The notes under the pieces: model-generated
Database searches by the model: none
What the model was told of the DNA's origin: nothing
Seen by the model: the letters and a program-made list of their open reading frames with translations, nothing else
In this document: in pieces, positions 8,780 through 18,375 of the stretch
Numbering within the stretch: the first letter of the stretch is position 1
Layout: each line of letters begins with the position of its first letter
IMG/VR virus record: IMGVR_UViG_3300033480_000009
Coordinates: 1-41,148 of that record
Strand: one strand, 5' to 3'
Source: a virus
Taxonomy: Duplodnaviria; Caudoviricetes
DNA length: 41,148 bases
Made by a program: the position numbers and the translations under genes

Positions 8780-10153
8780 TTAGTAGGTTACGCCAGCCAC
8801 TGCGCCAGAGTCATACTGAGGTGCGAATGCGCTGCCGCACTCGATACGCATCAGGAATGCCTGGTTCAGAATGATCATGCCGTAGAAGATTTTCCACGAG
8901 ATCAGACGCAGCTGGTTGTGACGGTCCGACTTGTCAGCTTCCTTCAGGTACTCGAACTTCGCGCCATCCAGCTCAACTGCGCCGTAGGCGTTCTCGCCGA
9001 TCACGAAGGTTGGGTACACGGTAACGCCAGTAGCCGGAGCTGCTGGGGGAACCTGAGATGCGCCAACACCGGTGATCACAACGGTAGAGCCGCTTGCCAG
9101 CTGAGTGGCTTGACCGGCCATCGGGCCAGTGGTCGGGCCGGATGTAGTCAGGCCAAGGTTCACTACGCTGGAGCTGCCAACTGCCGAGATGTACACGTTG
9201 AACACGTAGCCAGCCAAGGTCGGCAGAGTCACCGAGATAGAGCCAGTGGAGCCAGAGGCCACGTTCAGCGCGCCGGACTGCTGGTAGATACGCTGCTCCA
9301 TCGAGGTCAGTGCGGGAGAACCTGTCACCTGGATGATGTAGTTGCCTGTAGCCAGTGCGCCGCCAGTGGTTGCTGGGGTGCCAGTTACGGCCGCAACGCC
9401 GGTCCAGAACGGAACCATGTTCGACTTGGTGAAGCGTACACCACCCCACTCGCCAATCTCGTTGGTGTACATGCGATTGATGTCGCTGTACGACCATGCG
9501 GTAGACACAGTGGAGTTCTCGCGCATATCCTGACCACTTGCGGGGTGCAGGATCGCAACGTAGTGAGGGTTGGTTGTGCCCTTCTTGACGTTCGCCTTGT
9601 TCTCATACGACTCATTGGCGGGCTCGCCAAAACGAGGGGCGCCGGAAACCTCCAGCACGTTCACCGCACGATTGATCTCGTGAGGAGACAGTACATCGGT
9701 TGCCAGAACTGCAGCGCGGCTTGCGCGACCGTTGGCGTAGTTGATGTTGCTACCTGCCATCAGGCCGTTGGTGCCGGTGTAGGCATTGCGCTCCATGGTT
9801 TCGGCCAGTTGCATGGCGACCAGTTTAACGCCTTGCTTGAACACGTCATGCGCGATGGTGATCTCGGCAACGTCGGTGATCGTCACAGAGTCGCCCCATT
9901 GTTGCGCAACACCTTGGGACTGGCTGATCGTCATTGTCTCGCCGACGGACGGAACGCCTTCACTCAGCGGAGCAAACGGCAGGTTCAGACGGCTATAACG
10001 AGTGGCGGTGTAGGTTGTGCCCATGTTGGCGGGCAGCTTCAGCTTGTCAGCGAACTGATAAGCGGTCAGTTGGCGCTTGGCCAGAGGCAGCACTTTCTCC
10101 GCAATATAATTGCGAATGTCAGCGCTGAAGTTCGATGCGGTATTTGTAGCCAT
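8780..10153 (-). CDS. Major capsid protein (N4-gp56-like)
   Basis: Start at MATNTAS (GGAG RBS). Motifs PLSEGVP, QQWGD, YVAILHP, EIGEWGGVRF, DKSDRHNQ..ISWK; follows portal and scaffold. Confidence 0.85.
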   Translation of the reverse strand: MATNTASNFSADIRNYIAEKVLPLAKRQLTAYQFADKLKLPANMGTTYTATRYSRLNLPFAPLSEGVPSVGETMTISQSQGVAQQWGDSVTITDVAEITIAHDVFKQGVKLVAMQLAETMERNAYTGTNGLMAGSNINYANGRASRAAVLATDVLSPHEINRAVNVLEVSGAPRFGEPANESYENKANVKKGTTNPHYVAILHPASGQDMRENSTVSTAWSYSDINRMYTNEIGEWGGVRFTKSNMVPFWTGVAAVTGTPATTGGALATGNYIIQVTGSPALTSMEQRIYQQSGALNVASGSTGSISVTLPTLAGYVFNVYISAVGSSSVVNLGLTTSGPTTGPMAGQATQLASGSTVVITGVGASQVPPAAPATGVTVYPTFVIGENAYGAVELDGAKFEYLKEADKSDRHNQLRLISWKIFYGMIILNQAFLMRIECGSAFAPQYDSGAVAGVTY

Positions 10154-10284
10154 GATGTTGCTCCCATAAAATTGAAAAGTGTACAATCTCCGACGTAACT
10201 GGTCGGCCACAGTTCGGTCCTTACGGGAGCCATTCGACTCGATCCGTCACGGGGATCAGGCGGGGTGCTGCGGTGCTACAGGTG

Positions 10285-10968
10285 TTACAGAATGATGCCG
10301 TTCAAACGTTCTTCCAGGGACGGCTCATTCTTCGGTGCCGGTGCGGTGGACTTCACGGTTGGTGCCGATCCACGCGCGGCGGCTACACGCTTTGCTGCTT
10401 GTTGCGATGTTGCTGTTTTCTTGCCATGGTTGGCTACTGCGTCTTCGCCAACCAGGTATTTCAATACGCCTTCGCGCGTGGCGTTGCCGCCTTGCGCACG
10501 CACCTTGGCCAACTGGGCCTCGACGCGGGCTTCATACTGCGCGTACAGCGGGTTCGCTGCCGCTTTCATCATGTACGCTGCCTGATCCTTCGTATCGTTC
10601 GCAGAGAACAGTGCTTGGTTCACGGTGCTCTGCATGTCCCGACGCCACTTCTCTTCGGGGTCTACGTACTCAGGCTCGGGCGGCTGCTGGCGGCCTTGCG
10701 CGGCCAACTCAGCTTGTCTGCGGAAAAACTCCGCTTGCTCTTGCGCAGCTCGCAATGCGGCTTGCGCTTCTGCGCGCTCGTTTGCGAGCTTCTGGATGCG
10801 AGCCTCTGCGCGGGATTTCGGCGCGGCAGGTTCATCAATCGGCTCATCAGTCGGCTCATCCACCGGCTCATCAACCGGCTCATCAATCGGCTCATCCACC
10901 GGCTCGTCGGTTGGTTCAACTACTACAGGTACATCCAATGGTGCTGGTTCCAAATTCTCGTCAGGCAT
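10285..10968 (-). CDS. Capsid scaffolding protein
   Basis: Acidic PVDEP-repeat N-terminus, then a coiled coil (SRAEARIQKLANER); lies between portal and capsid. Confidence 0.7.
   Translation of the reverse strand: MPDENLEPAPLDVPVVVEPTDEPVDEPIDEPVDEPVDEPTDEPIDEPAAPKSRAEARIQKLANERAEAQAALRAAQEQAEFFRRQAELAAQGRQQPPEPEYVDPEEKWRRDMQSTVNQALFSANDTKDQAAYMMKAAANPLYAQYEARVEAQLAKVRAQGGNATREGVLKYLVGEDAVANHGKKTATSQQAAKRVAAARGSAPTVKSTAPAPKNEPSLEERLNGIIL
10831..10916 (-). repeat. 12-bp tandem repeat encoding (P-[VIT]-D-E)n in scaffold
   Basis: About 7 ggctcatcNNNc units. Confidence 0.85.
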
Positions 10969-11034
10969 CGCTACTACTCCTATGATTGGTTACGCCAATC
11001 GCACGAATGACAGCTTACGGTTGTCAGTCGAACG

Positions 11035-11229
11035 TTACTTACTGCGTTTCTTTGCTGCAACTGCTTGAAGCTCTTTGATTTCCTTCTCGGCAGCGGCACG
11101 GGCTGCTGCGGCGCGCTTACCGTTCTTCATGATCTCTTCGGCCTCGCGCAATGCGCGCATGTCGCACTTTGCTTGCCATTCTTTGTCTTCTGCCGTCATA
11201 CGCGGACGCATCGCTGGGGTGCCTCTCAT
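11035..11229 (-). CDS. Small hypothetical protein
   Basis: AGGAG RBS; EDKEWQAKCDMRALREAEEI. Confidence 0.6.
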   Translation of the reverse strand: MRGTPAMRPRMTAEDKEWQAKCDMRALREAEEIMKNGKRAAAARAAAEKEIKELQAVAAKKRSK

Positions 11230-11278
11230 GATGAACTCCTATTTAATGGTTGCTATATACCATGCGCAGCGTTGCGCG

Positions 11279-13330
11279 TCAACCTCTACCGCCCGCTGCC
11301 GCGTCGCCCATCTGGTCTGCCGGGATCGCTCCGGGCGGATTCTGCGCGCCTTCCCGGGGGCCGACAGGCATCGCCCCGGGGCGAGGTGTGCCGGCAACAC
11401 CGGGCTGGCCGCCGCCACCGCCAGGCACACCGGGCTGACCCTTAGCAACTGGTGCGGCGGCCTGAGCCTTCGCCTGAGCTTGCGCAGCGTGCATCATCAT
11501 GTGCTTACGGAAGTGCCCGGACAGATCGCCCGTCATCTTGGCGGCAGCCTGGTGCGACTGAAGGTGCTCAGTGTCGTCGTCCAGCGGTGACACTTGCATA
11601 TCCATATTGTTCCCCATGATCTCGTTTTCGATCTCAGGGTCAATACTCATCTTGCCGCGGTTGTCGATAATGACGCGAGGCGCCATGTTCGGGCCGAGCA
11701 CAACCTGCGCGCCGTAATCAATGATTGGGCTGATGTCGAGCGTGCGACCATTCAGTGCCTGTGGTGGCATGCCGCGCAGAACGTTCATGAAGCCGATCAT
11801 CTGCTGCACGCGCTGTGCACCCATGGTCTGCTCAACGCCCTGCCACTTGAAGAAGTACCGTTGGCTGAACGCTTGCGGGGGAATGCGCTGGGCCTTCGCG
11901 GCCAGACCAACCTCACCCTCTACCTGGATCAGCAGGTCGTCGTCTCGGAACTGCTGATCCAACTCATAGAACCATTCCAGCAACGGGTCCATAATGCCGG
12001 ACTCGAACCGACGCACAGGGTCGGCAATTGTCGCCATGGCAGACGATTCTTGCTGGGCGATCGCTTGGGCGTTCTTGCGACCCGCAGGCGCGCGGCCCAT
12101 CATTGCGTCGTTTACGTCCATGCTCTCCATGATCTGCGCCTTGATGGCTGCAACCATGGCGAAAGCGTCCTTCCAGAGTGCAGGGAACTGCGCAAACTTG
12201 GTGTCATTTGGGTTTGTTTCCCAGATTGCCGCCGACGCCAGGATCATTGAGCCGACGTTCGGGTTCTTCACCGGGTCAGTCATCACAATAGGTAGCACGG
12301 AATACTTCGCCGAATCCATCCCCATATTGATTGCGTCGTTGCACTGGTAAGCCAACTGCTCCACAGGCGAGATTTTCGACTTTCCCCACACGGAGCCGGG
12401 GATGAGATCCACAGGCTCGGACAGAATTGGCGTCTTGCCCGACCAGTACGGGTTCTTCTCGACACCGAGTACACTCTTCGTGTCGCCGAAATAGATGATG
12501 CACGGCTCGCGCTCATCGCCGTCGAGTTTGAATTTTGTCCAAACGCGGTACACCAGATAGAACTTGTGCCCGCCGCTCGCCTTCACGCCGGCTTCCTTGG
12601 AGCGGTCCGCATCGGGATGCTTCTTGCCGTTCGTGCCCTTCGTCAGCTTCTCGGCTTCAGACTTGATGAACGTGCCCTCCGCAACATGCTTATCGAACGC
12701 GTCTTGCGTCAAGCGCAAGATGGTAATAACCATGTCGGCGTCATCAATATGCGCCACGGTTGGTGGGACAATAGCCAAGTCTTGCGCCGGGATGACTGAC
12801 ACGGTGGGGCCGGCCGTAACGATCGTTACGTCCTCAATGTCTTCGATTTCTTCTGTTGGATTTTCCGGGTCGGGCTTCTTGACCTTCCGCTTGGTCTTAC
12901 GCTCGGACTTGCTCCAGCCAAGCTCGATCGACCATTGGCCTTCCACGTCGCCGCGGCGGAACAGTCCAGGGAGCAACGTCCGCAGGCTGTTCATACGGAT
13001 GTAGTGCTCCATCAGAGCAACCGTTTCGTATGGGGTGTCGCCGGTTTCAGAGATTACTTCAATGCTGCGGCCGGTTGTCGGCATCAGCATGCTGACGTAC
13101 CGCTTCACGCGGGATTCGATGGCATCATGGACGACGGGGACGAACACCTGACTGTCACCATCGTATTGCTGCTTGTCGTTCAACTTGCAGTTGTAGATGT
13201 CCCAGTAGTTGTCGATGTTTGAAGACTGATCGCGCTTATCCTCAAATGCAGAGAGTACGTCTGCGTGCAGCTTCTCGGCGCGCTCGCGGACACTCTTGAG
13301 GTTCGCGTAGTTCTTCTTGTCGTCGGCCAT
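11279..13330 (-). CDS. Portal protein
   Basis: 683 aa; PIPGSVWG-like segment, QxxCNDAINMGMD, Gln/Pro/Gly-rich C-terminal tail; lies between terminase and scaffold. Confidence 0.85.
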   Translation of the reverse strand: MADDKKNYANLKSVRERAEKLHADVLSAFEDKRDQSSNIDNYWDIYNCKLNDKQQYDGDSQVFVPVVHDAIESRVKRYVSMLMPTTGRSIEVISETGDTPYETVALMEHYIRMNSLRTLLPGLFRRGDVEGQWSIELGWSKSERKTKRKVKKPDPENPTEEIEDIEDVTIVTAGPTVSVIPAQDLAIVPPTVAHIDDADMVITILRLTQDAFDKHVAEGTFIKSEAEKLTKGTNGKKHPDADRSKEAGVKASGGHKFYLVYRVWTKFKLDGDEREPCIIYFGDTKSVLGVEKNPYWSGKTPILSEPVDLIPGSVWGKSKISPVEQLAYQCNDAINMGMDSAKYSVLPIVMTDPVKNPNVGSMILASAAIWETNPNDTKFAQFPALWKDAFAMVAAIKAQIMESMDVNDAMMGRAPAGRKNAQAIAQQESSAMATIADPVRRFESGIMDPLLEWFYELDQQFRDDDLLIQVEGEVGLAAKAQRIPPQAFSQRYFFKWQGVEQTMGAQRVQQMIGFMNVLRGMPPQALNGRTLDISPIIDYGAQVVLGPNMAPRVIIDNRGKMSIDPEIENEIMGNNMDMQVSPLDDDTEHLQSHQAAAKMTGDLSGHFRKHMMMHAAQAQAKAQAAAPVAKGQPGVPGGGGGQPGVAGTPRPGAMPVGPREGAQNPPGAIPADQMGDAAAGGRG

Positions 13331-13337
13331 GTGTTAG

Positions 13338-13613
13338 TTACTCCGCCGCGTGGTCGGCAGGCTCGGCTGGCTCGGCAGGCTCGGCTGGCGCAACTGGCTC
13401 GGCTGGCTCAACTGGCGCAACTTGCTCGGCTGGCTCAACTGGCTCGGCTGGCTCAACTGGCTCGGCTGGCTCAACCCGTGCAGCTTCCCACGCCAGATAC
13501 GCTTGGTAGTCGTTGCCCTTGTCGTTCTTGCTGATCACGGTGCCGTCAGAGTTGCGGCGAACGAAGTGGCCATCCACTTCACCTGTAACGTTATTCTTGA
13601 GCTTAGTGTACAT
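13338..13613 (-). CDS. Hypothetical protein with (EPA/EPV)n tail
   Basis: N-domain with NDYQAYLAW followed by a 9-bp repeat tract at about 13350-13476. Confidence 0.65.
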   Translation of the reverse strand: MYTKLKNNVTGEVDGHFVRRNSDGTVISKNDKGNDYQAYLAWEAARVEPAEPVEPAEPVEPAEQVAPVEPAEPVAPAEPAEPAEPADHAAE

Positions 13614-13824
13614 CTGAATCTCCTGTCATTGATTCACCCTTCGCCAGCCCGACGACGCGCCATTCCAACACAAGGGCATCATGCTTCGCTGAATGGGCGT
13701 GTTCCAGTTTCTTCGCAATGTCGATAACCATCGCCTGCAGCGCCGCCCGGAGTGCCGGGCTTACGCTTGGCACCGGCAGTCGCCCGTCGGTGATCAGCAG
13801 ATGGTTCGATGCGACCGTTTTCAT
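13603..13824 (-). CDS. Hypothetical protein
   Basis: Fills the operon gap; start MKTVASN overlaps the upstream stop. Confidence 0.4.
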   Translation of the reverse strand: MKTVASNHLLITDGRLPVPSVSPALRAALQAMVIDIAKKLEHAHSAKHDALVLEWRVVGLAKGESMTGDSDVH

Positions 13825-14306
13825 CAATGGCCAACCACGATCCACGAGGTTGTGCCGGCATCATACTTGTACTTCAGCGTGCTGTTTGCCGCCAGGGTCG
13901 CCGGTGTGCCAACCACCGTTGCGCCGCTGGATGCGACGGTCAGGGCAGTGCCGATTGCACCAGCCGTGAAGATTGTCACTTCTTGAGCATCACGCGAGTT
14001 CGCGGCAGATGGCAAGTTGATCGTCATAGTGCCGGCACCAGCCTGTGTGCCGGTGAACAGGACATATGCGGTATCGTTGGGGATGGTGTACGGTGTAGTG
14101 GAGTTGTTGTTCACCACCAGCTTGGACAGCATGTTCACTTGAAGCGCAGTGTTTGCTTGCTCGGCAGACTTGAACAATCCGAACGATGCTGAACCGTCAG
14201 GTGTCGGGAATGCAGTGTGGCTGATTGCCAGCGCATCTGCAGCTTGTGCAGTCAACGCAAAACATAACAATACGGACGCTACAACAAAACCAAAAATGCG
14301 CTTCAT
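13824..14306 (-). CDS. Signal-peptide-bearing beta-rich hypothetical protein
   Basis: MKRIFGFVVASVLLCFALTAQA|A resembles a Sec signal with an AQA cleavage site; Thr/Ala/Gly-rich body ending in SWIVVG. Confidence 0.65.
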   Translation of the reverse strand: MKRIFGFVVASVLLCFALTAQAADALAISHTAFPTPDGSASFGLFKSAEQANTALQVNMLSKLVVNNNSTTPYTIPNDTAYVLFTGTQAGAGTMTINLPSAANSRDAQEVTIFTAGAIGTALTVASSGATVVGTPATLAANSTLKYKYDAGTTSWIVVGH

Positions 14307-14310
14307 GATG

Positions 14311-14469
14311 CTACCCCTTTCGTGTGGTTGGTTTCTTCCTACCGCCGCCAGCGCGGCGTTGTGATTCAAGTGCAGCGGCGACAGCTACATTATGAGGGTA
14401 GCCTTCGCGTTCCATCTTGGAGATGTTTTCTCCAACGGCCTTCTTCGACTTGCTCCTTTTCAGCGGCAT
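14311..14469 (-). CDS. Small basic phage protein (MPLKxxKS..ENI..AVAAAL type)
   Basis: GGAG RBS; recognisable small phage protein pattern. Confidence 0.65.
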   Translation of the reverse strand: MPLKRSKSKKAVGENISKMEREGYPHNVAVAAALESQRRAGGGRKKPTTRKG

Positions 14470-14492
14470 AGCAGTCTCCGTTTCATTTTCGC

Positions 14493-14520
14493 ATGATACC
14501 GATACGTCAAGGCTTGTCAA
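14493..14520 (-). promoter_or_regulatory. Sigma70-like promoter for head genes
   Basis: TTGACA-N16-TATCAT between TerL and the next gene. Confidence 0.55.
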
Positions 14521-14524
14521 GTAC

Positions 14525-16018
14525 CTACCGGCGACGCGACGGCCTGGCCGACAAGTACGTTGACCCGTCCCGCGCCTGGGCCGTCCTGGCCGGTACGGGC
14601 GCCCGATTAACCGCAGCATGGCGGATCATCATTACTCCGTAGCGAACCGCGTCCATCAAGTCTTCGCGCAGTTTCACAATCTGACCGTTCTTGCGGTGGT
14701 ACGTCCGCTTCTCTTCAAAGAACGTTGTGCAGTTCTCGAACACTTTGAACCGGCCAGTTTCCATCCGGGTAGAAATGTCAAGCAGCCCGGCCTCTACAGA
14801 GTTGCCGCCCGTGCCTTCCTCTTTGCCCACATCCGGTGCGAACGTCGCCTTGTTGGCGAGCGCCTTCAAACCGGCCGAACGATACTGCCCAATCACATCC
14901 TTGCCGTTCAGCTCGGTCTTCAGCCCGTCATGTGGCCAAGCAACGGGCTGCCACCCGCCCCAAGCATTGATCGACTGAACGTGAACCGCGGGAACTTGGC
15001 GGTGTTCGTCACGATACTCACTCACCAGATAGATGCAGTCGTTGTCCCGGTCCCACGCCAGCCTGGCGGCCGCGAACGGGTGGTCCACGCCGAAGTCGAT
15101 GCCGACAATCTGCGGCCAGTGTGCGGGGATCTGGAACGGTGTTACGCGAATGAGGTCGTCGGGTACGTTATACACAAGGCCTGCTCCTGCTAAAATTTGA
15201 CCCTCGGTTCGCATCTTCAACTGATGCTTTGGAATGTTCGCGGCAAGAACGCGCGCTTCGTCGGTGTACTTGCCGTCTTTCATCAAGTGCGGCGCGTCGG
15301 CCCAGGTTGCGTTGATGAACGCTTGCCCCTCTGCGGGGTGGTTCGCAAACTGATCCGTCACCGCCGTCAATCCGAACTCTGGCGTCCAGGTCAGTATGCC
15401 GATCACCTTCTTCTTCGAGATGCCCGAGCGAACCAGCTGGCTCCATATTTCCTCGGGCGGCTCCTCGTCAGCGTGGAACACCTCGAAGCGCGTACCCATC
15501 ATCTTCTGCCAGCCCTGCTCGTACGCGCGGAAGTAGCACGTTGACCAGCGGCCGGTCGGTTCGTGCCTAACCTTGACGCTATCGAAGGCGTTCGTCACGC
15601 CGGTCTTGCGGTTTATCTTCCCGATCAGGTCAATTGGGATGGTGCCGGTGCCGAGCGTCTTCGGGTCGGTCGGGTCGCCGAACAATTCTTTCTGCAGAAC
15701 GTCGCGTGTCGATTCGTTCGTCAGGCCGCATGCGAGCAGCGACACTGGCTCGTGGAACCGATGGCCCTGCCACCAGTCCGGGTAGCGCCCGGTGAGGTGC
15801 ATCGCATCTTCCATGCAGCCTGCCCGCGTCTTGCCGATACCGTTGGCTGCGCACAGCGCGCGGAATATGGCCAGCTTGCCGGGCGTCAAGTGCCCGATGG
15901 CATGGTGGAACCGCACCTGGTAAGGGTACGGATCGTAATACTCCAGCTTGTAAATCTGCTTCCGACGCTCCAACTGCTCAAGCATCGTCAGCAACTCATG
16001 CAGCGTCTCGTTGCTCAT
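14525..16018 (-). CDS. terL: Terminase large subunit
   Basis: YPYQ adenine motif, Walker A AANGIGKT, Walker B FHADEEP, nuclease motifs GIDFG and DLMDAVRY. Confidence 0.93.
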   Translation of the reverse strand: MSNETLHELLTMLEQLERRKQIYKLEYYDPYPYQVRFHHAIGHLTPGKLAIFRALCAANGIGKTRAGCMEDAMHLTGRYPDWWQGHRFHEPVSLLACGLTNESTRDVLQKELFGDPTDPKTLGTGTIPIDLIGKINRKTGVTNAFDSVKVRHEPTGRWSTCYFRAYEQGWQKMMGTRFEVFHADEEPPEEIWSQLVRSGISKKKVIGILTWTPEFGLTAVTDQFANHPAEGQAFINATWADAPHLMKDGKYTDEARVLAANIPKHQLKMRTEGQILAGAGLVYNVPDDLIRVTPFQIPAHWPQIVGIDFGVDHPFAAARLAWDRDNDCIYLVSEYRDEHRQVPAVHVQSINAWGGWQPVAWPHDGLKTELNGKDVIGQYRSAGLKALANKATFAPDVGKEEGTGGNSVEAGLLDISTRMETGRFKVFENCTTFFEEKRTYHRKNGQIVKLREDLMDAVRYGVMMIRHAAVNRAPVPARTAQARDGSTYLSARPSRRR

Positions 16019-16175
16019 TCGGTTTCTCAGATGGGGGCGGTGCGCACGTCTCGCACAGGGGCGGATGGTGCAGGCGGGACAGCGCGATCACGGAAATCGT
16101 CACTTCCTTGTTGCATTTTCTGCAGTTGATCTGGACCAGTTCGCCGTGACCTGGATGAGAGCGCGTCTTACTCAT
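15996..16175 (-). CDS. Small Zn-finger protein
   Basis: CRKC...CETC. Confidence 0.5.
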   Translation of the reverse strand: MSKTRSHPGHGELVQINCRKCNKEVTISVIALSRLHHPPLCETCAPPPSEKPNEQRDAA

Positions 16176-16353
16176 CGCCATATGCGTTCTCCACCAAGTC
16201 AAGTTCGACCAATTTCAGAACGCCAAGTACAGACGGAATGCTAATCTTGCCGGCGAAGGAGTAAATCACTTCTTCCAGCTTCTGCTGCAGTTCGGCCTCG
16301 ACAGGATACGCCGCTCGAAACTGAACGTGAACTACGTTGTCGTCATCGCTCAT
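16168..16353 (-). CDS. Hypothetical protein
   Basis: Start MSDDDNVVHVQF, overlapping its neighbours. Confidence 0.55.
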   Translation of the reverse strand: MSDDDNVVHVQFRAAYPVEAELQQKLEEVIYSFAGKISIPSVLGVLKLVELDLVENAYGDE

Positions 16354-16603
16354 TGTCAAATACGTCCTGACTGTGCAGACCGCGCCGGCTTCGCACTCGG
16401 GCTTGACCAGACTTGCGCGCAATCTTCTTTCCATCATGGCGGCCGACAAACTCGCCGTCAGATGTTACGAAACCGCGCTTGCCTTTCCCGGTTCCGCCAG
16501 CTTTGCGGTCTTTCGCCGCAACATCGACATGATGCGCAGGCGGTTTCTTCGTGACGACCTTGCCCGAAGGCTTCTTGATCGCCGCAGCTTTGATGCGTCT
16601 CAC
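16343..16603 (-). CDS. Hypothetical phage protein
   Basis: GFVTSDGEFVGR..IA..SGQ..LHSQDV pattern seen in small phage proteins. Confidence 0.65.
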   Translation of the reverse strand: MRRIKAAAIKKPSGKVVTKKPPAHHVDVAAKDRKAGGTGKGKRGFVTSDGEFVGRHDGKKIARKSGQARVRSRRGLHSQDVFDNER

Positions 16604-16878
16604 TCAGCCCCCGAACGCTTCAGTGCCTTACGGGTTGACTCATCGAATTGCCTGCCAGAAAAATACTCTGTTGGCTTACGGCGCATACCGTTACCATTGC
16701 CGCCGACAGCGGCGGGCGGCTTTGGCTGAGTCTTGGCAAGTGCCGTCTGCTTCTTAGTGGAACGATCACGCTGCGCGTCGATCTGCGCTTTCGTCTGGAA
16801 CTTGGCGCCACGGCTGGCCAATTCTTTCTGGATACGGGCGTTTTTCTCGGCTTGGGTTTCTTTCTTCGCGGCCATCAT
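16600..16878 (-). CDS. Basic hypothetical protein
   Basis: AAGGAG RBS; Lys/Arg-rich. Confidence 0.6.
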   Translation of the reverse strand: MMAAKKETQAEKNARIQKELASRGAKFQTKAQIDAQRDRSTKKQTALAKTQPKPPAAVGGNGNGMRRKPTEYFSGRQFDESTRKALKRSGAE

Positions 16879-16890
16879 CTGCTCCTTTGC

Positions 16891-17139
16891 TCATAGTGGG
16901 TACACATCGTCAGGTACATCTGAAACCAAAGCATCGTCCGAAAACGCCGTTTTGTCAATATTTTCAATCACGATTGTCGGCATGCCGCCGATCCAGGTGT
17001 ACGTGTAGGCGCGGCCGTTGAATTCCCCGAGATCAATGCTGCGTGTATTTACGAACAGCTCGTCCGTCGCTGGTGCAATCTCAGCGGCAATCTGGTTCTG
17101 GATCAGGCATGCGTCATCGGCTGGGCCACAGTCAATCAT
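16891..17139 (-). CDS. Acidic hypothetical protein
   Basis: GGAG RBS, downstream of the promoter at 17172-17200. Confidence 0.55.
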   Translation of the reverse strand: MIDCGPADDACLIQNQIAAEIAPATDELFVNTRSIDLGEFNGRAYTYTWIGGMPTIVIENIDKTAFSDDALVSDVPDDVYPL

Positions 17140-17171
17140 GATTCGCTCCGTGTTGGTTCACTATGACCCAC

Positions 17172-17200
17172 ACCCTACTACGAACTGACCGACCTGTCAA
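17172..17200 (-). promoter_or_regulatory. Sigma70-like promoter with TGAC-N6-GTCA palindrome
   Basis: TTGACA-ggtcgGTCAGttcgtag(17)-TAGGGT. Confidence 0.6.
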
Positions 17201-18371
17201 GTTCCAGCATCTCGGGCACAACGGTCGTCGTCGCAACCTGGCCGAACCGGGAATGGTACGTCACCGCCTCAATCTGTCGGTTCGCCACCCACCCGCCGCG
17301 GGCAGCATACGCATCGCGTGCGGCCAGGGTGGCGTGCTGCTTGACTTTCATGCCGGAGTATTCCTTCTCGTCAACGTGGTGGCAGTGGCCGGTGTGGCAA
17401 TACCGCTTCGTCGTAGCTCCCCATTCCTTCGGGTACGACGCGGCGAACAGAAGCGGCAGCTGCTCCTTCTTGCTCAAATGGCCGTGGTGGAACGCCAGCA
17501 TTGTCTCGCCGTGCTGGTGCATGACGTACGGCGTCTCGTTGTTGATCACCGTGACACGCGGCTCGTTCTCGTACAGGAGGCGGAACAGATGGCGCAGCCA
17601 CACCGAGCTCGCCGGATCGTGATTACCTTCAGCCATGACAACAACGACTCTGCGGTGCTTCTCCAGCGCTCGGGTGACAATGTGCCGCAAGATCCCAACG
17701 GCCACGCCGACCACTTTCGAGTACCGACTGTCGGCATCCAACAGGTGCCCGTTCGTCGGCGTCACCGCAGCAAGCGAGTCGAAGTGCATGAAGTCGCCGA
17801 GGTTGAGCACAACGGCAGTTTCGGCCGGCGGGGCGGCGTCCACCAAGTAGTCGAACGCGCCGGTCAGCATCCGCTCGGTGATCCCCAAATCCCAATCGTC
17901 GCCTGTCTCGGCTGCCCACGAGTACATCCCGACGTGGCAGTCGGTGAATGTGTATAAATTGCACAATGCTTCGGAGGTGTGATTTGGCGGATTCGTCGGT
18001 TCGGCGCGTGGCATCGTGGCGGACAGTCGCGCGATCGCTGCGAGCATGGCGGCCTCAACCTTCGAGTCGTCCAGCTTCGTCTTAACCCACTGCAGCTTCT
18101 GCACGCCGTCCTTGTACAGCGTGGACGTACCGCGCAGCACCAGCGGTTGCGGCACAACTTGATCCAAACCATGAGCCGGGCTCCATCCCTGCTTCACTTC
18201 AAGCTGCTGCTCGATCGGCACGATGCCGCGTTGGGCGGCCCGGATCAAACGGTTCTTGAACGTCCCACGGTCCAAACCCAACGACCTCGCAGCGCCAATG
18301 ACTGTCCCAACGCTTCGCAATGCTTCAACTGCTTCAAGTAACACTGAGTCCGGCAACGGGGGCGTGGGCAT
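17178..18371 (-). CDS. N-terminal HTH plus calcineurin-like metallophosphoesterase
   Basis: AARSLGLDRGTFKNRL HTH; motifs TDCH, LGDFMH, EGNHD, HHGH, HTGHCHH. Confidence 0.75.
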   Translation of the reverse strand: MPTPPLPDSVLLEAVEALRSVGTVIGAARSLGLDRGTFKNRLIRAAQRGIVPIEQQLEVKQGWSPAHGLDQVVPQPLVLRGTSTLYKDGVQKLQWVKTKLDDSKVEAAMLAAIARLSATMPRAEPTNPPNHTSEALCNLYTFTDCHVGMYSWAAETGDDWDLGITERMLTGAFDYLVDAAPPAETAVVLNLGDFMHFDSLAAVTPTNGHLLDADSRYSKVVGVAVGILRHIVTRALEKHRRVVVVMAEGNHDPASSVWLRHLFRLLYENEPRVTVINNETPYVMHQHGETMLAFHHGHLSKKEQLPLLFAASYPKEWGATTKRYCHTGHCHHVDEKEYSGMKVKQHATLAARDAYAARGGWVANRQIEAVTYHSRFGQVATTTVVPEMLELDRSVSS

Positions 18372-18375
18372 ATCG

